NCBI RefSeq assembly: GCF_044338195.1
Contig: NZ_JBIIMC010000008.1
Location: 10,592-74,591, forward strand
Origin: Sphingorhabdus sp.
GTDB taxonomy: Bacteria; Pseudomonadota; Alphaproteobacteria; Sphingomonadales; Sphingomonadaceae
DNA length: 64,000 nucleotides
Reading direction: 5' to 3'
Both the position numbers and the translations under genes were made by a program. Numbering within the stretch: position 1 is the stretch's first letter; the number at the start of each line of letters is the position of its first letter. The notes beneath the pieces are model-generated. The model had not been told where the DNA came from and ran no database searches. It saw only the letters and a list, made by a program, of their open reading frames with translations. Positions 39,296 through 49,152 of the stretch are shown piece by piece.

Positions 39296-39880
39296 ATGTT
39301 GCATACCGGAACTTTCGAAGCAGCGGGCCGCGCAAGGCACCCGGAAAACTGCCCGGCATTGGTGCTCAACGCCGATTACACGCCGTTGAGCTATTATCCA
39401 TTGAGCTTATGGCCATGGCAAGCCGCCATTAAGGCGGTGTTCCTCGACAAGGTCGACATCGTTTCCAACTATGATCGGCATGTCCATAGTCCAAGGCTGG
39501 ACATGAAAATCCCGTCGGTCATCGCGCTGCGCCAATATGTGAAGCCATCAGAATATCCTGCATTCACCCGCTTCAACTTGTTCCTGCGTGACAAGTTTGA
39601 ATGCCAATATTGCGGATCGGGCGACAATCTGACCTTTGACCATATCGTTCCGCGCCGTTTGGGCGGCATCACGAGCTGGGAAAATGTCACAACGGCATGC
39701 CTACATTGCAACCTGAAAAAAGGTGGCCGCACGCCAAAGCAAGCGCATATGCAGCTGAACATGGCCGCCATCCGCCCCACCAGCTGGCAATTGCAGGATA
39801 GGGGCCGTGCTTTCCCGCCGAACCATCTGCACGAAACATGGCACGACTGGTTATATTGGGATATTGAGCTGCAGGGTTAA
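39296..39880 (+). CDS. HNH endonuclease (McrA-like)
   Basis: LVLNADY, CQYCG, TFDHIVPRRLGG, ACLHCNLKKG. Confidence 0.9.
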   Translation: MLHTGTFEAAGRARHPENCPALVLNADYTPLSYYPLSLWPWQAAIKAVFLDKVDIVSNYDRHVHSPRLDMKIPSVIALRQYVKPSEYPAFTRFNLFLRDKFECQYCGSGDNLTFDHIVPRRLGGITSWENVTTACLHCNLKKGGRTPKQAHMQLNMAAIRPTSWQLQDRGRAFPPNHLHETWHDWLYWDIELQG

Positions 39881-39882
39881 AC

Positions 39883-40422
39883 TTAATCGGTAACCGTCAG
39901 CGCAGGCACCGCCCGCGCGGCATCTTCAGGCGTAATTCCCGGCGGTGGCGCAGCAGCGATACGTTCTTCACCGCGCATAACGCGTCCGGCCCGTTTGATC
40001 GCGTCGCGTAGCCGTGGATACACGCCGCAACGGCACAAATTCGTAATCGCCGCGTCGATTTCTTCATCGGTTGGGTTGCTGCTTTTCTTCAGCAACACCG
40101 CGCCCGCCATGATGATACCCGGAATGCAAAAGCCGCATTGCGGCACATTGCTGGCGACAAACGCCTGTTGCAGCGGATGGCTACGATCACGGCTGAGGCC
40201 TTCGATCGTCGTGACAAAACGTCCTTCGGCTTCGGCAATCGTGACGAGGCAAGACCGTATCGCCTCCCCGTCGACTTCCACAATGCACGCGCCGCAATCG
40301 CCATTGCCGCAACCATATTTGGTTCCGGTCAAGTTCGACGCATCACGCAAAGCCCACAAAAGCGGGGTTTGCGGATCCATTTTATACTGGACCGGGCGAT
40401 CATTGACGGTGAATTTGGTCAT
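39883..40422 (-). CDS. (2Fe-2S)-binding small subunit, IorA/CoxS family
   Basis: GTKYGCGNGDCGAC, QCGFC, NLCRC. Confidence 0.92.
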   Translation of the reverse strand: MTKFTVNDRPVQYKMDPQTPLLWALRDASNLTGTKYGCGNGDCGACIVEVDGEAIRSCLVTIAEAEGRFVTTIEGLSRDRSHPLQQAFVASNVPQCGFCIPGIIMAGAVLLKKSSNPTDEEIDAAITNLCRCGVYPRLRDAIKRAGRVMRGEERIAAAPPPGITPEDAARAVPALTVTD

Positions 40423-40520
40423 GCAGCCCCATTATAGCCATGCGGAACGCGTTTCAGCATCTTATTTGAGACCCTGAAACACAGTCACCAACGGAGAACA
40501 GCATTCAGGGGGCGGAGTGA

Positions 40521-41285
40521 TTAATCCCGCCAGCTTTTATCGATCTGGTCAACCTTGCGCACCATTGCATCAAATTCAACGCGGCCCGAACCGCCCGGAG
40601 GTGATGCCATATACAGGTCGCGCTGGTGCACGGCGATGACCTCAGGCGGCACTGTAATGGCCTTGCCCATTTGCATCGTTGCAATCTGTTGCTCGCACGC
40701 CCGCTGGAGCGCCCAATACTTTATAAACGCATCGGGCAATGTCTTGCCCATCACGACAGGACCGTGATTTTTGAGCATCAATATCCGCTTGTCGCCCAGA
40801 TTTTGGACCAATCGCGTGCCTTCTTCCTCGCGCACCGTTACGCCCTCGAAATCATGATAGGCCAGCTGGCCCATGAAATTGCAGGCGTAGAAATTGATTG
40901 GCTGCAATCCGCCCTCAAGGCTGCACACAGCAACCGTGGCAGTTGTGTGTGTATGGATAATGGCATGGGCATCAGGCAAAGTGCGATGGAACAGGCTATG
41001 CTGAACGAAACCGGCCTTATTGACATGCCATGGGTTGTCGGCATCAATCTTGTTGCCATCAATGTCGATCTTAATCAGGCTCGACGCGGTAATTTCGCCG
41101 AAATGCATGCCATAAGGGTTGATCAAAAAAGCGCCGTCTTCGTCAGGCACCTTCACCGTAATATGGTTAAACACCAGTTCGTCCCAACCGAACATCGAAA
41201 ATATCCGATAGCAGGCGGCAAGCTCCTGACGGGCGGTCCATTCGGCTTCGCTATATTTGCTGTTCGACTTCAATTGGGTTGCCAT
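40521..41285 (-). CDS. Class II aldolase/adducin family protein
   Basis: FNHIT, HTHT, LKNHG metal motifs; start set at MATQLK. Confidence 0.9.
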   Translation of the reverse strand: MATQLKSNSKYSEAEWTARQELAACYRIFSMFGWDELVFNHITVKVPDEDGAFLINPYGMHFGEITASSLIKIDIDGNKIDADNPWHVNKAGFVQHSLFHRTLPDAHAIIHTHTTATVAVCSLEGGLQPINFYACNFMGQLAYHDFEGVTVREEEGTRLVQNLGDKRILMLKNHGPVVMGKTLPDAFIKYWALQRACEQQIATMQMGKAITVPPEVIAVHQRDLYMASPPGGSGRVEFDAMVRKVDQIDKSWRD

Positions 41286-41543
41286 GCGCACTCTCCTGAT
41301 CATTCGTTGCGTTGCTTTATGAAACGAACATTGCACGAGGGCAAGGGGCTGGGCGCAGCAAAAAGGCCAACGGATTTTCTCTGCGCTCATGGTTAAAAGC
41401 GCCATTTTCGCTTGATATTTAGGGGCGACCTAGTTAGGGGCCACGACAACACGCCGCCTGTGAACGCGGCGATTTTCGTTTTTAGCCTTTCAAAGTGGCC
41501 GTTTTAAGCCATTTTGCCGATTCGATGCGGAGTTGAGTTTTTT

Positions 41544-41750
41544 ATGCAGATCATGGTTCGCGACAATAATGTTGATCAAGCCCTACGCGCGCTCAAGAAG
41601 AAGCTGCAGCGTGAAGGCGTGTATCGCGAAATGAAGCTGCGTCGTCACTTCGAAAAGCCGTCGGAAAAGCGCGCGCGTGAAAAGGCAGCTGCTGTTCGTC
41701 GCGCCCGCAAGATGGAGCGCAAGCAGCAGGAACGTGACGGCGCGAAATAA
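41544..41750 (+). CDS. rpsU: 30S ribosomal protein S21
   Basis: [25 protein letters not shown]...FEKPSEKR. Confidence 0.97.
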   Translation: MQIMVRDNNVDQALRALKKKLQREGVYREMKLRRHFEKPSEKRAREKAAAVRRARKMERKQQERDGAK

Positions 41751-41772
41751 GCGTCTGCGACCCGCAACAAGG

Positions 41773-41798
41773 AAGGCGCCTTTTACGGCGCTTTTTTT
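41773..41798 (+). terminator. Intrinsic terminator after rpsU
   Basis: GCGCC...GGCGC stem followed by a T7 run. Confidence 0.75.
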
Positions 41799-41854
41799 GT
41801 GTCTGGAATCCCTGCTAGTTTCTGCTAGTCACCGCGCAACTTAGCCAACAGGAA

Positions 41855-42484
41855 ATGTGTATGTCCGTAACTGCCGTCCCGATTCTTCCGCTCAAAAAAG
41901 GCACGATGACCAAATATTGGGCCGCGATTGCGCTCGTACTCGCTGCCGGTGGCGGTTTGGCATATTGGGGCACAAGCGACGTGCGGCAGGAATATGGCGA
42001 TATCGTCACCACGCCGTCAGGATTGCGTTACAAGATTATCCAAACCGGCGAAGGCAAGTCGCCGACCGACAATGATGTCGTGCTCGTCAGCTACACAGGC
42101 ATGTTGAAAGACGGCACTGTTTTCGACCAAAATCCTCAGGCTGGCTTTCCAGTTACTGGCGTTGTGCCCGGCTTTTCAGAAGGCCTTAAAATCATGCAGC
42201 GCGGTGGCAAATATCGCCTGTGGATTCCGGCCGAGCTTGGCTATGGCCCCGAAGATCAGCGTAATCCGCAAACCGGCCAAGTCGCCATCCCCGGCGGTAG
42301 CGAGCTAACCTTTGATGTCGAACTGTTAGAGTTCAAATCACGCGCAGAAATCGAAGCCATGCAAAAGCAAATGCAGGAAATGCAACAGCAGCAAGGTGGA
42401 CAGGCCAGCGGCGCACCGCAGGGCCTACCTCCCGAAATCCAGGCACAAATTGATGCACAGATGCGGGCCCAACAGGGTCAATAA
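41855..42484 (+). CDS. FKBP-type peptidyl-prolyl isomerase
   Basis: TPSGLRY, YTGMLKDGTVFD, IPAELGYG, LTFDVELL; N-terminal TM and Q-rich tail. Confidence 0.92.
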   Translation: MCMSVTAVPILPLKKGTMTKYWAAIALVLAAGGGLAYWGTSDVRQEYGDIVTTPSGLRYKIIQTGEGKSPTDNDVVLVSYTGMLKDGTVFDQNPQAGFPVTGVVPGFSEGLKIMQRGGKYRLWIPAELGYGPEDQRNPQTGQVAIPGGSELTFDVELLEFKSRAEIEAMQKQMQEMQQQQGGQASGAPQGLPPEIQAQIDAQMRAQQGQ

Positions 42485-42605
42485 TGCCGCCCCGAAAGCA
42501 CCCAATAGCTACGGATGCTATCGGGAATTGCTTAATATAGCCCGCGATTAAGGGTGAACTGAAATCCTTGAACGGCAGTTGTCAGCTTGGCAGCCAGCCT
42601 GTAGG

Positions 42606-43616
42606 ATGTCGTTTGCAAGCGGTTATGACCGGAAAGTTCCAACGTTGAGCATCACCAATATCGTCGCAATCGCCCTTTTATCGGGGACCCCGCAGCTTCC
42701 GCCTGTGGTAGAGCCAGTTATTGCATTGGAAACTGCTGACGCACCCACACCTACGCCCGAGCAGGGTACCACAGCCACGGTGCCGCCATCCACAGACGGA
42801 GCAGAGGTTCCGTCGCAATCTCCGAATACACAAAACCCCGTCGGACCGGTTACACCGGTTGCTGCCGAAAAGGACACGATCGTTGTTACCGCAAATCAGG
42901 GACCCCCGCGAGGCGACCCTATTGCGGTCGTGAATGAAGTCTCCTTCGTCGCGGTACAGTCGGTCGATAAAGCCATTATCGCACCGATCGCGTACGGGTA
43001 TCGAGATGGATTACCCGCCCCGATCCGCGACGGCTTGCATAATGTTCTAAACAACTTGGACGAACCCATCGTCTTTGTTAATTTTCTGCTCCAGTTCAAA
43101 ATTGGGAAAGCCGCTGAAACCGTCGGTCGATTTGCCATCAACTCAACCATCGGCGTTGCCGGGCTTTTTGATTTCGCTAAAAAGCATCCCATCAACCTGC
43201 CACGCCGCTCCAATGGCCTCGCAGATACCTTGGGATATTATGGCGTCGGCCCTGGACCCTATTTATATCTGCCTTTAATTGGGTCGACCACCGTTCGTGA
43301 TGTTCTCGGGCGCGTCGTTGATCTTTCGCTTTTACCAGCCGCAGTTGGCAAGCCATTTAGCAATCCCATTGTCTCGGCCACCAAAGGTGCGCTCTCCTCG
43401 ATTGACGACCGTGTCGAAAATGATGTGATTTTGACCCGGGTGCAGGAAAGCGGAAATCCGTATGCGGCAATGCGCGAATATTATCTGAAGAAGCGCCAAG
43501 CGGAGATTGATGTTCTGAAAGGCAAAAGAGCCGACGCGAACATAGATCTCAACGAATTGGAGTTTCTGGACTCGTTACCAGCGCCCACGAAACAGCCCCG
43601 CGTACCGAAATCCTAA
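42606..43616 (+). CDS. mlaA: MlaA/VacJ family protein (start 42606 ATG or 42645 TTG)
   Basis: RFAINSTIGVAGLFD, DTLGYYGVGPGPYLYLPLIGSTTVRD, PYAAMREYYL. Confidence 0.88.
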   Translation: MSFASGYDRKVPTLSITNIVAIALLSGTPQLPPVVEPVIALETADAPTPTPEQGTTATVPPSTDGAEVPSQSPNTQNPVGPVTPVAAEKDTIVVTANQGPPRGDPIAVVNEVSFVAVQSVDKAIIAPIAYGYRDGLPAPIRDGLHNVLNNLDEPIVFVNFLLQFKIGKAAETVGRFAINSTIGVAGLFDFAKKHPINLPRRSNGLADTLGYYGVGPGPYLYLPLIGSTTVRDVLGRVVDLSLLPAAVGKPFSNPIVSATKGALSSIDDRVENDVILTRVQESGNPYAAMREYYLKKRQAEIDVLKGKRADANIDLNELEFLDSLPAPTKQPRVPKS

Positions 43617-43641
43617 TAAATGGCGCAGCGGCATCGCTACT

Positions 43642-44904
43642 CTAGAGCGTGGCGAAAAACACAATCGTTGCCACTGCCATAACCCCCGTTGCGATCCATC
43701 CGGTAATGGTCGCGCGGCGTCCCAATGTCAGCCGCCCCATCGCGCGCGGGTTGCGCACGATAAGCATCATCATCACCATTAACGGCGCCGCAAGCACGCC
43801 ATTGACGACAGCGGCCCAATATAACGCACGCGCCGGGTCAATGCCGACATACTGCAACGACACGCCAAGTAAGGTTGTCACCGCTATCGTCCCGTAAAAC
43901 AGACGCGCCTTGGTTGGCTTGGCATCAAGGCTTCCCGCCATACCAAACATTTCCGTAACGGCATAAGCGGCCGACCCGGCAAGCACGGGCACCGCAAGCA
44001 ATCCGGTTCCGATGATACCCAGCGCGAATAACGCAAAGGCAAAATTTCCAGCAATAGGCCGCAATGCTTCGGCCGCCTGCGCCGACGTTTCGATATCTCG
44101 GATACCATTGGCATGCAGCGTCGCGGCCGTCGCAAATACAATGGCCAGCGAGACGATCGAGCTGAACGCCATGCCCGTCAGCGTGTCGATACGGATGCGC
44201 TTAAGTTCAGGCCCGGCTTCCTTGGGCGTGATGCACAGCGGTTTTACCTTATGCCGCCTCTGCTCTTCAATCTCTTGTCCCGCCTGCCAAAAAAACAAAT
44301 AAGGGCTAATAGTGGTCCCCAATATCGCAACGACGGCTGTGGCGTACGCGCCGGTCCATTCAATGCGCGGAACAACCAGAGAGGTCAGCGCCTCTCCCCA
44401 AGGCACCTGCGCCACAATGACGACGGCAACATAAGCGAAGAGCGACAGCGTCGCCCATTTGAGCACCGCGGCATAGCGCTCATAGGATAGCGCCACTTCA
44501 ACGGTGATGCAAAAGACCCCGAACAATAATGTGTAAAGGCCGATTGGCCCACCGATCAGTAGCCCCACAGCAGCACCCATCGCCGCCAGATCGGCCCCAA
44601 GATTAACGATATTGGCGATGAGCAGCAGGCCGACCATGAGCACCAGCAATGGCCGGGGATAATGTCGGCGCATATTGCGCGCGATACCTGCCCCGGTAAC
44701 GCGCCCGATTTCAGCCGCGACTTCTTGAATCGCGACCATCAATGGGAAGCTGAACAAAAACGTCCAGCTCAACCCATAACCAAATTGCGCGCCAACTTGG
44801 CTGTGCGTGCCGATGCCCGACGGATCGTCATCCGCAGCGCCCGTTACCAGGCCGGGACCGAGGCGTGAGAGGAAGCTTGTGCTCGGTTTTTTATCGGTTC
44901 GCAT
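43642..44904 (-). CDS. NRAMP-like divalent cation transporter
   Basis: LGPGLVTGAADDDPSGI, GTTISPYLFFWQ; about 11 TM segments. Confidence 0.85.
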   Translation of the reverse strand: MRTDKKPSTSFLSRLGPGLVTGAADDDPSGIGTHSQVGAQFGYGLSWTFLFSFPLMVAIQEVAAEIGRVTGAGIARNMRRHYPRPLLVLMVGLLLIANIVNLGADLAAMGAAVGLLIGGPIGLYTLLFGVFCITVEVALSYERYAAVLKWATLSLFAYVAVVIVAQVPWGEALTSLVVPRIEWTGAYATAVVAILGTTISPYLFFWQAGQEIEEQRRHKVKPLCITPKEAGPELKRIRIDTLTGMAFSSIVSLAIVFATAATLHANGIRDIETSAQAAEALRPIAGNFAFALFALGIIGTGLLAVPVLAGSAAYAVTEMFGMAGSLDAKPTKARLFYGTIAVTTLLGVSLQYVGIDPARALYWAAVVNGVLAAPLMVMMMLIVRNPRAMGRLTLGRRATITGWIATGVMAVATIVFFATL

Positions 44905-44981
44905 TGCTGCCGATAACAGGCCGACATGAGGTCAATGTCAACAACGCTATATGATGCGGAAAGTTGAAGGCTGCTGAAAAG

Positions 44982-46508
44982 CTAGCCTGCGTTTTCCAAC
45001 AATCCCTCGTCCTTGATCCGCTTTTGCCAATAAGCCGGGGCCAGTTGATGCACATTGTTGCCGTCGCTGTCGACCGCGACGGTGACGGGGAAGTCTTGCA
45101 CTTCAAATTCGTAAATTGCTTCCATGCCCAGATCTTCGAAACCGACGACCTTGCTGCCCTTGATGGCGCGTGCCACCAAATAGGCGGCACCGCCAACGGC
45201 CATGAGATATGCGCTCTTGTGCTTGGCGATGGCTTGTGTTGCCGCCGGACCGCGTTCCGCCTTACCAACGCAGGCCAGCAAGCCCTGCTCCAGCATCATG
45301 TCCATGAACTTGTCCATGCGCGTAGCCGTCGTCGGGCCAGCGGGACCAACAATCTCCTCGCCCACCGGATCGACTGGGCCAACATAATAAATCATCCGCC
45401 CTTTAAAACTGACGGGCAGCTCTTCGCCTTTCGCCAGCATGTCGGCGATGCGCTTGTGCGCGGCATCCCGCCCGGTCAGCATCTTGCCATTTAACAACAA
45501 ACGGTCGCCTTGTTTCCAGCTGGCAACGGTTTCGGGGGTCAGCGCGTCCAAATCCACGCGGATCGCGGCTGTATCAGGCTTCCAATCTACCTTTGGCCAT
45601 TCGTCCAGCTTCGGCGCCTCCAGATAGGCAGGGCCCGACCCGTTCAGCGTGAAATGCGCATGACGCGTCGCCGCGCAGTTGGGAATCATCGCCACCGGCT
45701 TGCCCGCGGCATGACATGGCGCATCCATAATTTTCACGTCAAGGATGGTCGAGAGCCCGCCAAGCCCCTGCGCGCCGATACCCAACGCGTTGACCTTGTC
45801 AAAAATCTCAATGCGCATGGCCTCAATATCATTTTGCGGACCGCGTGCTTTTAGCGGCCCCATGTCGATAGGCTCCATCAACGCTTGCTTGGCAAGCAAG
45901 ACGCAATGTTCCGCGGTCCCGCCGATGCCAATGCCCAGCATTCCGGGCGGGCACCAGCCAGCACCCATTTGCGGCAACATTTCAACGACCCAATCGACGA
46001 TATTGTCTGACGGGTTCATCATCTTGAACTTTGACTTGTTCTCGCTGCCGCCGCCCTTTGCCGCAACATCCACCGAAACTTTTGAACCGGCTACCATTTC
46101 GACATGCAGGACGCAGGGCGTGTTATCTTTGGTGTTACGCCGCGTGAAAGCAGGGTCGGCGAGTACTGAAGCCCGCAATTTGTTTTCAGGGTGCAGATAT
46201 GCACGGCGCACGCCTTCGTCGATCACCTCCTGAAGCGACGCAGACGTGTCCTCAAGCCGGCAATCCATTCCCCATTTGACGAAAACATTGACGATACCCG
46301 TGTCCTGACAAATGGGTCGATGCCCTTCGGCGCACATCCGGCTGTTGGTTAAGATCTGGGCGATCGCATCTTTCGCCGCTGGTGACTGTTCCGCCGTATA
46401 TGCATCACCCAATGCCCGGATATAATCCATCGGGTGAAAATAGCTGATATATTGCAGCGCGTCGGCGACGCTGTCGATCAAATCGGAATTGCGGATGGTG
46501 ACGGTCAT
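44982..46508 (-). CDS. fumA: Class I (Fe-S) fumarate hydratase
   Basis: RPICQDTG, KGGGSEN, GWCPPG, GPTTATRM, GKAERG; start set at MTVTIR. Confidence 0.93.
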   Translation of the reverse strand: MTVTIRNSDLIDSVADALQYISYFHPMDYIRALGDAYTAEQSPAAKDAIAQILTNSRMCAEGHRPICQDTGIVNVFVKWGMDCRLEDTSASLQEVIDEGVRRAYLHPENKLRASVLADPAFTRRNTKDNTPCVLHVEMVAGSKVSVDVAAKGGGSENKSKFKMMNPSDNIVDWVVEMLPQMGAGWCPPGMLGIGIGGTAEHCVLLAKQALMEPIDMGPLKARGPQNDIEAMRIEIFDKVNALGIGAQGLGGLSTILDVKIMDAPCHAAGKPVAMIPNCAATRHAHFTLNGSGPAYLEAPKLDEWPKVDWKPDTAAIRVDLDALTPETVASWKQGDRLLLNGKMLTGRDAAHKRIADMLAKGEELPVSFKGRMIYYVGPVDPVGEEIVGPAGPTTATRMDKFMDMMLEQGLLACVGKAERGPAATQAIAKHKSAYLMAVGGAAYLVARAIKGSKVVGFEDLGMEAIYEFEVQDFPVTVAVDSDGNNVHQLAPAYWQKRIKDEGLLENAG

Positions 46509-46869
46509 ATAAGGCCCCGGGCTGGATAGAACCCCCACGCCATTAACGTCCCGGGGGACTGATACAAGCATCATTCTGACCGGCTGAATCAATATTAGCG
46601 AACGAGCGATGCGCCGGTCACATTTGTCCCGTCTGGATGATGCGGTGGCCCGGTTTCTGTCCACAAAATGCAGCGCGCAAGATTGGGTTCATTTTGACAA
46701 CAGAATTATTTTCAATTCATCATTTTCCATCTTGCGCCTTCAGCAACACTTAGAACGTCCACGCGTCGCTACCTTTTGCCGGCCGACATGTGCGATGAAT
46801 GGAATCAGAATAGCGACGAATTGAAAGGTTAATTTACAATTTACCCCCTTGCGTCTGAAAATGAATAAG

Positions 46870-46917
46870 GCACTATAGGTAGCGGTTGGCCATAGGGGGC
46901 ATTACCACAATTTGTGC
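46870..46917 (+). promoter_or_regulatory. Tandem NrdR boxes
   Basis: GCACTATAGGTAGCGG (46870) and TTACCACAATTTGTGC (46902) resemble acaCwAtATaTwGtgt, lie 32 bp apart and sit upstream of nrdA. Confidence 0.65.
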
Positions 46918-47149
46918 TTTGAGCTGCAGATGCGATTCTGCGATCGGGGGAGGTTTTTTCCGTCGATAAGCTGGGGACAAGTGAAAATATAACCCCTGAC
47001 GTGGTCAAAAAATGCTAACAGGGAGTTTCGCGCCCTGAGTCGAACAATATGGGAACACGCGTTCCCGACAGATATTTGAACTGGTCGCTGGCCGCCGGAA
47101 AACCGGCATCCAGTTTCGGGTCGCCGCAATGAATGGAGCAACGGGTTAA

Positions 47150-49096
47150 ATGGATTTCAGGGATACAGGCCAAGGGGCCGACGATATGACCGCAATGATG
47201 ACTGATATGCTTGAAAAAGTTGCTACCGAAGCTGTTAAGGTTGAGGCCGAGGCCAAGCCGGCTGACGACAAGAAAGCCGCGTCGAGCAAATCCGTTGACG
47301 AGCGCCGTTTCAGCGTTGTGACGGATTCGTCGCGCGACGCCCTGCTGACCGAATTTGGCAAGGACACGCTGCAAGACCGTTATTTGTTGCCGGGCGAAAG
47401 CTATCAGGACCTGTTTGCCCGCGTTGCGTCGGCATATGCGGACGATCAGGATCATGCCCAGCGGCTCTATGACTATATCTCGCGCCTTTGGTTCATGCCG
47501 GCAACGCCAGTGCTGTCAAACGGCGGAACTGGACGCGGTCTTCCTATCAGCTGCTATCTGAACAGCGTCGACGACAGCCTGGAAGGCATCGTCAACACAT
47601 GGAACGAAAACGTCTGGCTCGCATCACGCGGCGGCGGCATTGGCACCTATTGGGGCAATGTGCGAGGCATCGGCGAGCCTGTTGGCCTCAATGGCAAGAC
47701 CAGCGGCATCATTCCGTTTGTCCGCGTCATGGACAGCCTTACGCTCGCAATCTCGCAAGGTTCGCTGCGTCGTGGTTCGGCCGCGTGCTATCTCGATGTC
47801 AGCCATCCTGAAATCGAAGAGTTCCTCGAAATCCGCAAGCCATCTGGCGACTTTAACCGCAAGGCGCTGAACCTGCACCATGGCGTGTTGCTGTCGGACG
47901 AATTCATGGAAGCCGTCCGCGCCGGTGAAGAGTTCAACCTGCGTTCGCCCAAAACCGGCGAAGTGCGCAGCACGGTTGATGCACGTTCGTTGTTCCAGAA
48001 GCTGGTGGAAACCCGTCTTGCCACTGGCGAGCCGTACATCATCTTCAGCGACACCGTGAACAACGCGATGCCCAAGCATCACCGCGATCTTGGGCTGAAA
48101 GTGTCGACGTCCAATCTTTGCAGCGAAATCACCTTGCCAACGGGTCATGACCATTTGGGTAATGACCGGACGGCGGTCTGCTGTCTGTCGTCGCTCAATC
48201 TCGAAACTTGGGATGAGTGGAACGGCGACAAGGCCTTTATCGAAGACGTCATGCGCATGCTCGACAACGTGCTTCAGGACTTTATCGACCGCGCGCCGGA
48301 CGAAATGTCGCGCGCCAAATATTCGGCCAGCCGTGAACGTTCGGTTGGTTTGGGCGTTATGGGCTATCACAGCTTCCTGCAGTCACGCGGCGTTGGCTTT
48401 GAAAGCGCGCTTGCCAAATCTTGGAACATGAAGTTCTTCAAACATATCCGGGCACAGGTTGATGAGGCGTCGATGATGCTGGCCAATGAGCGTGGGGCCT
48501 GCCCTGATGCTGAGGAAATGGGCGTTATGGAGCGCTTTTCCTGCAAAATGGCGATTGCGCCTACCGCGTCGATTTCGATCATCTGCGGCGGCACCAGCGC
48601 GTGTATTGAGCCGATTCCGGCGAATATTTACACGCACAAGACGCTTTCGGGCAGCTTCATCGTGAAGAATCCGTATCTGGAAAAGCTGCTGCAGGAAAAG
48701 GCGAAGGATTCGACCAATGTGTGGAACAGCATCCTTGAAAAGGGCGGCTCGGTCCAACATCTCGACTTCTTGACGCCAGAGGAGAAGGACACGTTCAAGA
48801 CCAGCTTTGAAATCGACCAGCGTTGGTTGATCGAACTGGCCGCGGACCGCACGCCATATATCGATCAGGCGACCTCGCTGAACCTGTACATCCCCGCTGA
48901 CGTGGAAAAATGGGACCTTCTCATGCTCCACTTCCGCGCATGGGAATTGGGCGTAAAATCGCTATATTATCTGCGTTCGAAGAGCATTCAGCGCGCTGGC
49001 TTTGCCGGCGGGGTGGAGGCGGACAACACCGCCGAACTGCCCGTGATGGAACTCGCCGCGCAAACCGATTACGAAGAGTGCCTCGCCTGCCAATAA
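47150..49096 (+). CDS. nrdA: Class I ribonucleotide reductase alpha subunit (no ATP cone)
   Basis: PISCYL, SNLCSEI (thiyl Cys), IAPTASIS, KSLYYLR, C-terminal ECLACQ. Confidence 0.95.
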   Translation: MDFRDTGQGADDMTAMMTDMLEKVATEAVKVEAEAKPADDKKAASSKSVDERRFSVVTDSSRDALLTEFGKDTLQDRYLLPGESYQDLFARVASAYADDQDHAQRLYDYISRLWFMPATPVLSNGGTGRGLPISCYLNSVDDSLEGIVNTWNENVWLASRGGGIGTYWGNVRGIGEPVGLNGKTSGIIPFVRVMDSLTLAISQGSLRRGSAACYLDVSHPEIEEFLEIRKPSGDFNRKALNLHHGVLLSDEFMEAVRAGEEFNLRSPKTGEVRSTVDARSLFQKLVETRLATGEPYIIFSDTVNNAMPKHHRDLGLKVSTSNLCSEITLPTGHDHLGNDRTAVCCLSSLNLETWDEWNGDKAFIEDVMRMLDNVLQDFIDRAPDEMSRAKYSASRERSVGLGVMGYHSFLQSRGVGFESALAKSWNMKFFKHIRAQVDEASMMLANERGACPDAEEMGVMERFSCKMAIAPTASISIICGGTSACIEPIPANIYTHKTLSGSFIVKNPYLEKLLQEKAKDSTNVWNSILEKGGSVQHLDFLTPEEKDTFKTSFEIDQRWLIELAADRTPYIDQATSLNLYIPADVEKWDLLMLHFRAWELGVKSLYYLRSKSIQRAGFAGGVEADNTAELPVMELAAQTDYEECLACQ

Positions 49097-49152
49097 GGCA
49101 CAAAGGGACACCATAGACCGTATTGAACAGTTAAAGACCCAAGGAAACCGAC

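Noticed and set aside
39296-39880. HNH endonuclease as a mobile or defence element
   Set aside because: It resembles the standalone LVLNADY-type HNH common in alphaproteobacteria, with no methylase, repeats or compositional shift.
46510-46860. Small ORFs or sRNA in the fumarase-nrdA intergenic region
   Set aside because: The candidate frames are short, lack SD sequences and show no pattern, and no terminator-bounded unit was found.
46918-47149. Cobalamin riboswitch upstream of the B12-independent nrdAB
   Set aside because: A GGGAA is present but the conserved GCCCCCGCAACTGT / B12-box core was not found; an Rfam scan would settle it.
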